DNA from: Macrostomum lignano
Taxonomy: Eukaryota
DNA: 63,951 bases
Direction of reading: 5' to 3'
NCBI GenBank assembly: GCA_002269645.1
Contig: NIVC01004025.1
Span: 1-63,951 of the forward strand
Shown in pieces: positions 13,521 through 26,050 of the stretch. Both the position numbers and the translations under genes were made by a program. Each line of letters starts with the position of its first letter. The first letter of the stretch is position 1. Under the pieces are notes generated by a model. That model was given only the letters and a program-made list of their open reading frames with translations, was not told the DNA's origin and did no database searches.

Positions 13521-14104
13521 AAATGGAGGGTGCATAGCCGAGACCCTACCGCACTGAGACAGACCAATGAGCCAGTAGTCACTACAGCAGGTTACTCTGC
13601 AGTTTCTAGGCCAAGCGATCGAGAGATCAGATCCCATAGAGCCCGCCCGTAGAAGTCACAAGCAACAAAATAAATTGATTTTATTGAAATTTAACACTAG
13701 ACTATATGCAAAAACTCGAATGGGTTGCTAATGGGACACTCCGACGGTGCCTTCTTCCCTCGGCCCTGCACTCTCGAGGGTTTGCAAATCTACTTGTAGA
13801 GTCTACCCTGCACCCCCACCAATCAATTATTCCAGGGGGCAGGGTGTGGAATTAGTCCTTCACCATGGACTTGACGAAAACTCAAAATTGTGCTCTTTCG
13901 GGGATGCTATCAGCAATGTTAGCTTGCTGAATTAAGGGTGCACAGTCCCTTGTCTGGGTGTTGGCTTTTGCAAGTTTACGACCTAAAGAGCTGCTGTCAA
14001 AGTACTTTTGGCACTTTTGCGAATTCGCCGGCTGGAGTGTGGGGAACGGCCGGTGTTGGTGGCTGAAGGAGAGTTGGAATTAAAATGTAGGATTCGAAAC
14101 AGAT

Positions 14105-14572
<468 letters not shown>

Positions 14573-16629
14573 TATTGGTTTAGCTATAGGCAGTTTTCCA
14601 AATTGTCGAAAATGAAATAATTTTTTAATTATCAATTTTCAAGAAACCAAATTTATCCATCCATTTTACACTGACTGCCTCGCGCAGACCTTGGCGACGT
14701 TGTTGCACAAACATTGATGGTGCAAATCGCTACATTTTGATGGAAAGAATAGTTATAAAGTGCATGCGTCTTCTAAATAAAGTAGGATGGATTAATCAGC
14801 GAGAAAATTGGAACATTGCGTAGGAAAGCGTGCAGTGCAATGGGAGTTCTAGCAGCTGTCTTCTCAAATGCACATTTCGTGTTTTTTGTTCTTTATACAC
14901 CTAAGAGATGTCTAATGAATCGTTTTTCCTAGCCCGTCGATTTTAAATTAATCATTATTTTAGTTTGTGCATATTAAATTTACAGTGTATATTTAATTTT
15001 AGTTCTTTGATTTCTAAATTAGTAATTATTCTTTAGTTTGTCCAATTCTGAATTTATTATTCTTACTTCGCTGACGTTTTAAATTGTTCAGTAGCTAAAT
15101 TTAGTTCATCGGTTATAAAATTTAAATAAAATTAATCAGTAGCTATTATTAATTCGTCGATTCTAAAATTAAATCATGAATTCTTTTATGGATTCTTTTA
15201 GTTGAGTTAATATTTCTTATAGTTCTTTGTCGATTTCTATGAAATTAAATTAATTAATCATTATTTGCACAGTTCATTGATTTCTAAATAATTTTATAAA
15301 TCACTGTTTTTATAATTCTACGATTTAATAATTAGTTAAAATTGTTTATTAGATAATATTAATATATATCTAAATGAAAATATTTGATAATTTTCCCTAT
15401 ACTTCATCGATTTCTAAATAAATCAATAAATGTGAATTAATCTTTCATAACTATAAAAATGCCGAACTTTTTTTTAAATACGAAGCTACAAGAAACCAAA
15501 TATTCGACTATGGCTGCATAAAGCGATAATTTATAATATTTGTAATGCTTTTGAAGCGAAAGAAAGTCACTTCCGGTGGGATTAATTTTGCGGGAAATAA
15601 TTAGCTAAATAATGATTTAACAAAATAGTGAAGCTCCAGACAGGAAGCTCTCAAAGCAGATAGCTATTGCAACAAAAATTGAATTTTTTCATTACTGAAG
15701 GATTTCCTCGCTGGTTATAATTTTTCCACAAAAAATAAAAGGGAATGAAAAAGCATTGGGAGGTCCAGGGGAGATTTCTGTTGATCCAGGCTAGAGGCAG
15801 AGACGAAATGGCAGCCTTTTATTCCATTTTCAGTTGGCAGCGAGATAGCTAGATGTATAATGCATTCATAATGGGTTTTCATATTTCCATTGGGGGTAAA
15901 TATGCTATCATATGGCTTTGCGTGAGAGAGCTGCGGGCTGCGAATAACAGAACTGAAAGATGTGCCTCATGCCCGCCATGATGACTTCTTTTGACAGGTT
16001 TCATCAAATATTTAAACTTGATTCTCGACTTAATGAAGGAAAACTGTCTTTTCTTGGATGTATTTTCCCACTGGAATTGGTTGAAATCTGCGGTATTTAG
16101 AACCCATTCACACCGCCATCAAATTCACAGGCCAATTTTCGAGTGATCACACAAAATTTCAGTTGATAATTAACGAATCTTTGACAGTCACCTCAGTTTT
16201 TCACGCCATCAACAACTGACTTTTACGAGTGATCGCAATCAACTGACATACTGAGAAGAATGACTGGGGCTGGGGTTTAGAGGAGGGTGACGCAAGTATT
16301 ACAATTTGTTGCTCGAGCAATACTGTGCGCACACATCTCCAACTGAGCTCAAAATCGTACATATTTTCAGCACGTTTGAGAAAACTATTTTGTGCTTTGA
16401 ATTCAATACCAGTGTACAGTCTGTATCAGAGTACAAAGGCCAGCGCTCTTATTGATATAACTGGCGCGAGCTAACGAAAAACCTAGCACCTACACTTTTC
16501 CGATCGTCCTTTCCTGGTATTCCGATTGTCAGGTCGTATAGAACAGGATTTTCTTGCACCTTGTTTACCAGGGGTTCCAGCGGCAACCAACGGGCGCTGT
16601 TTTTTCACGCTTGCTCATTTCGCTTATGT

Positions 16630-17033
16630 CAGGGGTCGGCAAACTTTTTACCCCAATGGCCAGATAAAGAACCTAGAGCAGGGGTCGGCAAACTTTTTAC
16701 CCCAATGGCCAGATAAAGAACCTAGAGCAGGGGTCGGCAAACTTTTTACCCCAATGGCCAGATAAAGAACCTTAGAGCAGGGGTTGGCAAACTTTTTTAC
16801 CCCAATGGCCAGATAAAGAACCTTAGAGCAGGGGTTGGCAAACTTTTTTACCCCAATGGCCAGATAAAGAACCTTAGAGCAGGGGTTGGCAAACTTTTTT
16901 ACTCCAATGGCCAGATAAAGAACCTTAGAGCAGGGGTCGAAAAACTTTTTTACCCCAATGGCCAGATAAAGAACCTTAGAGCAGGGGTTGGCAAACTTTT
17001 TTACTCCAATGGCCAGATAAAGAACCTTAGAGC
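16630..17033. repeat. 8 tandem copies (49-51 bp) of the MITE left terminus
   Basis: Units start at 16630, 16679, 16728, 16778, 16829, 16880, 16931, 16982, each beginning CAGGGGTYG. Confidence 0.95.
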
Positions 17034-17438
17034 ATGACTGCGGTCCGGAGGAAGGAGGAGATTAAAGGGAATAAAAAAGAAAGAAGGGAGATAGGAGAAG
17101 GGAGAGGCGAGAGAATAAAGGAGCAATGAGGAGAGAGGAGAGGAGAGATGAATTTAACTAGGAGAGTATCAGATAAAGAGGAGAGAGGGAGAGTAGGAAA
17201 GAGAGAAGAGAGGAGAGAGTAGAGGAGAGATGAAATTAGGCTAGGAGAGTATCAGATAAAGAGGAGAGAGGGAGAGTAGGAAAGAGAGAGGAGAGCAGAA
17301 AAGAGAAGAGCGCTGAGAAGAGACAAACATCGAGCGGGCCGGATTGCTATTGTGCAGTTTCAAAGGACCGCGAGGGCCGGATGAAGAGGCTTTGCGGGCC
17401 GCATTTGTGGCCTGCGGGCCGGAGTTTGCCGACCCCTG
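16630..17438. mobile_element. Non-autonomous hAT (Charlie/MER58-like) DNA transposon (MITE)
   Basis: 16-bp TIR CAGGGGTCGGCAAACT (16630) / AGTTTGCCGACCCCTG (ends 17438); 8-bp TSD GCTTATGT (16622-16629) vs GCTCATGT (17439-17446), 7/8 match; repeated GCGGGCCG subterminal motifs; no transposase ORF. Confidence 0.9.
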
Positions 17439-17864
17439 GCTCATGTGATGGAAATTAATAAAATAGTTAATAACCTGACTGGTGAGATGGCCAGTCAATT
17501 TTAAAACGACAGTCAGACTAGACGGAGAGCTGTTGGAATAGAGTGGCTTGAGTTGAATTTTGTCTGTTGCGCAACTTGGGGTGCTGTGTAAGAGGCAAGC
17601 AACCAATGTACAGCGTTTTAGTTGATCAACTGGCCCTCGCGTTATTAACTTTTGTCGCTGAATTCGAAAATATTCTAAGTTAGCTGAGATTTCAAGTGAT
17701 CACAGAAAAAGGTAGAAATTCTGTGTGTGATCAAACGAGTCGTGTGATTTGGTCTTTTTTGCAGTGTGAATGAGCCTTTATTAAACATGAAATTGACTCA
17801 CGATGTAAAGCTCTTTCTTGGACCTGCAGTGAGTGCCGCCATTCTACCTTTAGGATGATTCTAC

Positions 17865-18560
17865 TGGATCAATCTACTTTAGGATTGTTTATTTTTTGGG
17901 ATGATTCTACTTTGGGATCAATCTACTTTAGGATTGTTTATTTTTTGGGATGATTCTACTTTGGGATCAATCTACTTTGGGATCAATCTACTTTGGGATC
18001 AATCTACTTTGGGATCAATCTACTTTGGGATCGATCTACTTTGGGATCAATCTACTTTGGGATCAATCTACTTTGGGATCAATCTACTTTGGGATGGTTC
18101 TACTTTGAGATGGTTCTACTTTGGGATGATTCTACTTTGGGATCAATCTACTTTGGGATCAATCTACTTTGGGATGGTTCTACTTTGGGATGGTTCTACT
18201 TTGGGATCAATCTACTTTGGGATCAATCTACTTTGGGATCAATCTACTTTGGGATGATTCTACTTTGGGATCAATCTACTTTGGAATCAATCTACTTTGG
18301 GATCAATCTACTTTGGGATGGTTCTACTTTGGGATCAATCTACTTTGGGATGGTTCTACTTTGGGATCAATCTACTTTGGGATCAATCTACTTTGGGATC
18401 AATCTACTTTGGGATCAATCTACTTTGGGATCAATCTACTTTGGGATCAATCTACTTTGGGATCAATCTACTTTGGGATCAATCTACTTTGGGATCAATC
18501 TACTTTGGGATCAATCTACTTTGGAATCAATCTACTTTGGGATCAATCTACTTTGGGATC
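17865..18560. repeat. 16-bp minisatellite (TCTACTTTGGGATCAA)n
   Basis: About 43 copies ending ~35 bp from the Kv exon-1 donor. Confidence 0.95.
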
Positions 18561-18596
18561 ATTTTACACTACTTAAAATCATGCGACTCCTCTCAC

Positions 18597-19064
18597 CTTA
18601 GCCGGTAGCGATGAAGTTGGATAATCCAGAAACAGCCACATCCGGTAGCGCAGTCTCCGCACTCCCCGACTGCATCTAACCAGCGACTGCATGGGCTCGA
18701 TGTCCTCGAAGCAGTCCTTGAACAGCGTGTTTTTAGTCCGTTTCTCCTCATCGTAGCGGACGTAGTGCGGCAGGCAGCAGGGCCCGATGCTGGCCTCGTG
18801 GATGCCCCAGAACACCAGCTCTTTGCGCACAAACGGGCCGCAGATGTTCGTCGGCAGGTGCAGCTCGCCAGTCCTGTAAAAATCCAAAATAAAGCGAAAC
18901 ACCTCTGGGTCGCGGTCGAAGAAGTAGCTATCCTTCTGGAGCTCGTCCGCGGCAATCTGGTTGTACAGTCTGGTGTTCGGGAATCTGTACAGCGTGGCCC
19001 GCCGGGTGACGAAGTTACAGCCGCCAACCGTGATGGTGACAGTGTCAGCCGGATTCACCGCCAT
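18597..19064 (-). CDS. Shaw: Shaw/Kv3-type K+ channel, first coding exon (T1/BTB tetramerisation domain)
   Basis: ATG at 19064; TITVGG..F..RATL.RFPNTRL, YFFDRDPEVFRFILDFYRTGELHLPTNICGPFVRKELVFWGI..IGPCC is Shaw-type T1; ends YPTSSLPAK with donor AAG|GTGAGA (phase 0), matching the phase-0 acceptor at 5327. Confidence 0.93.
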
Positions 19065-19459
19065 GCTTGCCGAAGTCCAGACCACTGCAGGGCCGCACGC
19101 AAGCAAGTTGGCGAAGTCGAAAAAGACGCAAAATTCTTTTGCCTTCCGGTATTAAACCTGAATTGGAGAAGAGCAGTCTGCATGGGGTGGGCGGTTGGCA
19201 GGGGAGAGGACAAGGGGATTCTATAGTTGCTGGGATCAGGGGATTGGCTGGACTGGAATTACTGCACTCCCTCAAAATCCCTACAACTCCCCCCATAGCA
19301 GCAAATCCCCAATGCTGATGCCGGGACAGCGGGTCTGACGCTACAAGTTGGCGCCCTTCCAGCCTTCTGCTCCTGCCTACCGCTTCGTCTCCCTCTCCCC
19401 ACCTCACTCTCAACCCTGTCTTTCACTCCCTTCTCACCCTTCTAACATCTCCCCGGTCT

Positions 19460-20900
19460 CCTACCTCTCTGTGTCCTATCTCTCTGTCTCTTATCTCACT
19501 GTCTCCTATCTCACTGTCTCCTATCTCACTGTCTCCTATCTCTCTGTCTCTTATCTCACTGTCTCCTATCTCACTGTCTCCTATCTCACTGTCTCCTATC
19601 TCTCTGTCTCTTATCTCACTGTCTCCTATCTCACTGTCTCCTATCTCACTGTCTCCTATCTCACTGTCTCTTATCTCACTGTCTCCTATCTCACTGTCTC
19701 CTATCTCTCACTGTCTCCTATCTCTCTGTCTCTTATCTCACTGTCTCCTATCTCACTGTCTCCTATCTGACTGTCTCCTATCTCAATCTCACTCCTATCT
19801 CACTCTCCTATCTCACTGTCTCCTATCTCACTGTCTCCTATCTCACTGTCTCTATCTCACTGTCTCCTATCTCACTGTCTCCTATCTCACTGTCTCCTAT
19901 CTCACTGTCTCTATCTCACTGTCTTCTATCTCACTGTCTAATATCTCTCTGTGTCCTATCTCACTGTCTCCTATCTCACTGTCTCCTATCTCACTGTCTT
20001 CTATCTCACTGTCTCCTATCTCACTGTCTCCTATCTCACTGTCTCCTATCTCACTGTCTCCTATCTCACTGTCTCCTATCTCACTGTCTCCTATCTCACT
20101 GTCTCCTATCTCACTGTCTCCTATCTCACTGTCTCCTATCTCACTGTCTCCTATCTCACTGTCTCCTATCTCTCACTGTCTCCTATCTCTGTGTCCTATC
20201 TCACTGTCTCCTATCTCACTGTCTCCTATCTCTCTGTCTCCTATCTCTCTGTCTCCTATCTCATTGTCTGCTATTTCACTGTCCTATTTCACTGTCTAAT
20301 ATCCCTCTGTGTCCTATCTCACTCTCCTATCTCACTTTCTCCTATCTCACTGTCTCCTATCTCACTGTCTTCTATCTCACTGTCTCCTATCTCACTGTCT
20401 CCTATCTCACTGTCTTCTAGCTCACTGTCTCCTATCTCACTGTCTCCTATCTCTCTGTCTCCTATCTCACTGTCTCCTATCTCTCTGTCTCCTATCTCTC
20501 TGTCTCCTATCTCACTGTCTGCTATTTCACTGTCCTATTTCACTGTCTAATATCTCTCTGTGTCCTATCTCACTCTCCTATCTCACTGTCTCCTATCTCA
20601 CTGTCTCCTATCTCACTGTCTTCTATCTCACTGTCTCCTATCTCACTGTCTCCTATCTCTCTGTCTCCTATCTCACTGTCTCCTATCTCACTGTCTTCTA
20701 TCTCACTGTCTTCTATCTCACTGTCTTCTATCTCACTGTCTCCTATCTCACTGTCTTCTATCTCACTGTCTCCTATCTCACTGTCTCCTATCTCTCTGTC
20801 TCCTATCTCTCTGTCTCCTATCTCTCTGTCTCCTATCTCACTGTCTCCTATCTCACTGTCTCCTATCTCTCTGTCTCCTATCTCACTGTCTCCTATCTCA
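19460..20900. repeat. 15-bp minisatellite (CTGTCTCCTATCTCA)n
   Basis: About 95 copies just upstream of the Kv first exon. Confidence 0.95.
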
Positions 20901-21549
20901 CAATCACCCCGTGAGTCACTCCGATCTCAGTCAGCAGACTCCCAATACAGACATACGAGTACCTGTCTCTCCCTATCTCCCCTGCGTGCTCCTAGACTGC
21001 AAGAAGGCAGAAGTCACACCATTGATGAACCGACCGCTTGGACTTTTATTGATGGGTGGTTAGGCAAGGCAGTTGGGGTAACAATTCTTTCTTTTAGCTA
21101 CTTTTTCCAGGCCGCCGATAGGGTGGTGGGAACATTGTCCCTCAGTTCACACCTGTGAGGTGTGCCTTAATGGGGGGGCGACTTCTTGTAGTTTTCTTCT
21201 TGCAGTTTTTATCTGTTTGCTGCTGTTGCTGTTGTCTATGCGAGTGAAATTAACATTTTTTTGGCCCAGTTACCTGACGCTGGTAATCATAACTTGCTTT
21301 TAATGGCAAAATCCATAGTAAAAATGAAATGAAGAATACACAATTGCTTGGAAGCTGTTGCGCTTGCCTGGGTGGAACAGGCGCAAAAGCATGTTTATGA
21401 GCATTGACAAGCAGCTTTTCTCTAAGTTGTAGACAGTCTGCTAACTGGTGAATATGCACTCTTCATCTCTGCGAAGAAATGTAATTTGTTTTTTAGTCTA
21501 AATATGTGTCTCTATTGTTTCTAAAAATGTACTTATATATCACTAAAAG

Positions 21550-21895
21550 TGTGTCACCGATTTTTCACTGATTTGTCACTGAAAAGTGTCACTAATTTGT
21601 CACTGAAGAGTGTCACGGATTTGTCAGTGAAGAGTGTCACTGATTTGTCAGTGAAGAGTGTCACTAATTTGTCACTGAAGAGTGTCACTGATTTGTCAGT
21701 GAAGAGTGTCACTGATTTGTCAGTGAAGAGTGTCACTAATTTGTCACTGAAGAGTGCCACTGATTTGTCACTGAAGAGTGTCACTGATTTGTCAGTGAAG
21801 AGTGTCACTAATTTGTCACTGAAGAGTGCCACTGATTTGTCACTGAAGAGTGTCACGGATTTGTCACTGATTTGTCACTGATGAGTGTCACTAAT
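21550..21895. repeat. 24-bp minisatellite (GTGTCACTGATTTGTCAGTGAAGA)n
   Basis: About 14 copies; unit carries the hairpin TCACTGA-TTTG-TCAGTGA. Confidence 0.93.
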
Positions 21896-22284
21896 TTGTT
21901 ATTATATGCGTATTACTCATTTAAATCTACAAAATTCACTTTTTCATTCGTTAGCAAATTTTAACCTACGTTATCAGACTCAATAAAAGCAACCTTCAGT
22001 TGCTTTTTATAAAAATTTCTCAAAAAGTGAGCTAATCCTTACTCAAGCATATTTTCTGCTTTTAATCTTTTCACAGCATTCGAGACTGACGGGGTATCAG
22101 CTGCAGTTCCTGGGAGTCTGCAAGATAGCTCTGGTTCCATTAGAATCCCAGATCTAGAGATCTCATCAAAAATCATGAGATTTCACCTGAAACCATGAGA
22201 TCTGACATTAAATCATGAGATATAACCGAAAGTGAGACTCTCTAGATGTGATTGTTTTGAGATGATATTCTTGGGGATTATATT

Positions 22285-22870
22285 CTCTGAGATGAGATTC
22301 TTCTGAGATGAGATTCTCTGAGATGAGATTCTCTGAGATGAGATTCTCTGAGATGAGATTCTTCTGAGATGAGATTCTTCTGAGATGAGATTCTCTGAGA
22401 TGAGATTCTCTGAGATGAGATTCTTCTGAGATGAGATTCTTCTGAGATGAGATTCTTCTGAGATGAGATTCTCTGAGATGAGATTCTCTGAGATGAGATT
22501 CTTCTGAGATGAGATTCTCTGAGATGAGATTCTCTGAGATGAGATTCTCTGAGATTAGATTCTCTGAGATGAGACTCTCTGAGATGAGACTCTCTGAGAC
22601 GAGATTCTCTGAGATTAGATTCTCTGAGATGAGATTCTCTGAGATTGGATTGTTCTTAAATATGATTCTTATAAGATGAGATTCTCTGAGATGAGATTCT
22701 CTGAGATGAGATTCTCTGAGATGAGATTCTCTGAGATGAGATTCTCTGAGATGAGATTCTCTGAGATTGGATTCTTCTTAGATAAAATTCTTCTAAGATG
22801 AGATTCTCTAAGATGTGATTCTCTGAAATGAGATTCTCTGAGATGAGATTCTCTGAGATGAGATTCTCTC
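22285..22870. repeat. 15-bp minisatellite (GAGATTCTCTGAGAT)n
   Basis: Direct reading. Confidence 0.93.
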
Positions 22871-23134
22871 GGTTAAGATTCAGAGAATGGAATGGAGAAT
22901 GTAGATTTTTTAGGGTTAAAAAACTTGGAAGACAATTGTTTACACAGGAATGTTTATAGAAACGCACATATAGAGGCTGTTTATTATTATAGGCAAAAAA
23001 TCTAAAAAAAGGCACAAAGCTTCTTTCATGAATATTTGTCGAACACTTGAATTTTTACGGTAGTACGGCGCTTTCTGTAAAAAATGTTCACAAAATTTTT
23101 AAATCTTCATTCTTCTGTCCGCGCGCGATGAAGT

Positions 23135-26050
23135 TCACTTTAATTTTCTAATAAAGTGAACAGCACCAATGGCTGCACAAACAGCGGCCGTAACGATTAT
23201 CACCACCACCCAAGCAACTCGGCCGGGACTGAAAATATTTAATTTAGATGCTATTTTCCTGACTGCTCTACTGATTTAAGCAAATTTAGTAGAATAAGAA
23301 TAATTTGAGAATATAATTTCCTTTTAAACTATAATCATAAATCCTATATATTAAGATGTATATACTATATACCATACCATATACTATAAACAAGATTTGA
23401 GTATCTCCATCTGGGCACCACTATCTGCTAGGTTATTATAGATATGCGAAATCCCAATCTCCAGGTATCTTAGATGTGGGAAATTCTAATCATGGTATCT
23501 TGGATATTTGAAATCTCAGTGTCCAGATACCTTAGACACGGAAAATCCCAATCTGGAGGTATCTTAGACATGGGAAATCCCAATCTCCGGGTATTTTAGA
23601 TATGGGAAATCCCAATCTGCAGGTATCTTAGACATGGGAAATCCCAATCTTCGGGTATCTCAGACATGGGAAATCCCAATCTTCGGGTATCTTAGACATG
23701 GGAAATCCCAATCTGGAGGTATCTTAGACATGGGAAATCCCAATCTGCAGGTATCTTAGACATGGGAAATCCCAATCTGCAGGTATCTTAGACATGGGAA
23801 ATCCCAATCTGCAGGTATCTTAGACATGGGAAATCCCAATCTCCTGGTATTTTAGACATGGGAAATCCCAATCTTCGAGTATCTTGGACATGGGAAATCC
23901 CAATCTGCAGGTATCTTAGACATGGGAAATCCCAACTTTCGGGTATCTTAGACATGGGAAATCCCAATCTGCAGGTATCTCAGACATGGGAAGGGGGGCC
24001 GTAGCCCAGCGGTAGCGCAGCTGCTCTGGTGTGCCGCGACCCAGGCTCGATTCCAAGTGCAGCCACATTAATTTGGGGCTGGATTGGAATCTTGGCTTGG
24101 CTCGCTTGTGCAATTAACGGCCTTGAGAGCCAACCCCCCCAAGGCGCAGTGAAGTGTACATGCCTAACAATTGACAAGTTAGGGCCGCTGTACACTCCTG
24201 TGTGAGTTTGTGCCTGCGTAACGTATCCGCGCGCTTGTATGCCTGCTCAGGGGAGTCGGCGGAATGGGCAGTAATGCCTCTCGCCGGTTGTGTGCCAAAG
24301 ACGTTTAAATTGCGCCAGGGTGCACACAACCGCCCCCTGCGTCTAATAAATAATAATAATAAATCTCAGACATGGGAAATCCCAATGCCTCGCACAGACA
24401 CTTACTTGTCCCAGAAGGTGCAGCAGTACTCAGCGGTCTCGGGTCCGCAGCAGTACTTCTTGTCGCCCCTGTCATCCAGCGGGCAGGCAAAAATTCCCAG
24501 TACAGTTTCGTTTCGATAGAGCCACGGTTCAACAACAGAATTGTTGAGGTCCGCGGTGATCGGGTCCAGCAGGTTCACGCACAGAGTGGGCTGCTCATTG
24601 TCATCGTAGTGCCTCCGGTAGCGCGAGCGGGAAAAGAATATGCCTCGCGTCAGGGCGAAGGCCTGGACATAGACGCTGAAGACCGGTGGTTGATGGTCTG
24701 TACACTAGTCATAACCCAATCTGTACCCTCAGTCATGATCCCAATCTGTACATGATCCCAATCTGTACATGATCCCAATCTATACATAATCCCAATCTGT
24801 ACATGATCCCAATCTGTACATGATCCCAATCTATACATGATCCCAATCTGTACATGATCCCAATCTGTACATGATCCCAATCTATACATGATCCCAATCT
24901 GTACATGATCCCAATCTGTACATGATCCCAATCTATACATGATCCCAATCTGTACATGATCCCAATCTGTACATGATCCCAATCTGTACACTCAGTCATG
25001 ACCCCAATCTGTACACTCAGTCATGATCCCAATCTGTACACGATCCCAATCTGTACACTCAGTCATGATCCCAATCTGTACACGATCCCAATCTGTACAC
25101 TCAGTCATGATCCCAATCTGTACACTCAGTCATGACCCCAGTCTGTACGCTCAGTCATGACCCCAATCTGTACACTCAGTCATGACCCCAATCTGTACAC
25201 TCAGTCATGACCCCAATCTGTACACTCAGTCATGATCCCAATCTGTACATGATCCCAATCTGTACACTCAGTCATGATCCCAATTAGCAGCACGGACTCA
25301 CGAGAATCTGCTTCTCACAACGTTGGACACGGAGCCTGAGTACTTGATGGAGCGGTACCCTCCGCTGCGGTAACTCATGGACCTGGAGGAGTACCCGCCA
25401 CCGTACCTGCCGCCCGACCTTCCGCCGCCACCCCTGGCAGCGTCAACTGGGTCGACTAAAAACATGTAAGTTAAGTCTGGAGTGCTCAGAGGTTTGGATG
25501 GACCAGGAAGGCTCATGAAGGTTGAAGTAGATGGCGAAGAGCCAAGCGGTAAAGACATCAGAGTGATAAGGAAGAGATCAGAGTGATAAGGAAGATATCA
25601 GAGTGATAAGGAAGACATCAGAGTGATATGGAAGACATCAGAGTGATAAGAAAGACAACAGAGTGATAAGGAAGACATCAGAGTGATAAGGAAGACATCA
25701 GAGTGATATGGAAGACATCAGAGTGATAAGGAAGACATCAGAGTGATATGGAAGACATCAGAGTGATAAGGAAGAGATCAGAGTGATATGGAAGACATCA
25801 GAGTGATAAGGAAGAGATCAGAGTGATATGGAAGACATCAGAGTGATAAGGAAGAGATCAGAGTGATAAGTAAGACATCAGAGTGATAAGAAAGACAACA
25901 GAGTGATATGTAAGACATCAGAGTGATAAGGAACACATCCGAGTGCCAAGTCAAACAATCTTGAATGAAAAGATCAAGCAGGAACTTACGCAGTTGTCCC
26001 AGCAGCACAAGACCGCAGATTAGCAGTAAAATATTCTGTATCAGCCGCAT
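23135..26050 (-). CDS. Predicted 192-aa type I membrane protein: signal peptide, RGG/Gly-Ser-Tyr-rich N-terminus, six-Cys Shisa/CX-module-like domain, TM, very short tail
   Basis: Exons 26050-25990, 25455-25302, 24675-24406, 23228-23135 (579 nt), all GT-AG with consistent phases 1/2/2. Protein: MRLIQNILLLICGLVLLGQLLDPVDAARGGGGRSGGRYGGG...PTLCVNL...FACPLDDRGDKKYCCGPETAEYCCTFWDNPGRVAWVVVIIVTAAVCAAIGAVHFIRKLK*. The exon-3 acceptor was chosen for phase compatibility. Confidence 0.85.
23440..23992. repeat. 32-bp minisatellite (ATCTTAGACATGGGAAATCCCAATCTGCAGGT)n
   Basis: About 17 copies in intron 3 of the Shisa/CX-like gene; SINE inserted near its end. Confidence 0.93.
23993..24362 (+). mobile_element. 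Full-length tRNA-derived SINE (~370 bp)
   Basis: Head GGGGGGCCGTAGCCCAGCGG (pol III A box) and GGCTCGATTCC (B box); (TAA)n tail; 16-bp TSD ATCTCAGACATGGGAA at 23977-23992 and 24363-24378. Confidence 0.88.
24715..25280. repeat. 17-bp (CATGATCCCAATCTGTA)n grading into a 25-bp variant carrying CACTCAGT
   Basis: Fills intron 2 of the Shisa/CX-like gene. Confidence 0.93.
25553..25945. repeat. 20-bp minisatellite (GAAGACATCAGAGTGATAAG)n
   Basis: Fills intron 1 of the Shisa/CX-like gene. Confidence 0.93.

Noticed and set aside
19100-19150. S4-like KRILRLFRLRQL peptide upstream of the Kv T1 exon
   Set aside because: Different frame from the channel, lies in the presumed 5' UTR, no flanking TM segments; probably chance
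21148-21164. Hairpin CACACCT-GTG-AGGTGTG as a Helitron 3' end
   Set aside because: No CTRR terminus at the expected distance and no matching 5' TC end identified
23993-24065. Functional tRNA gene
   Set aside because: Acceptor and anticodon stems do not pair; it is the head of a SINE with tail and TSD
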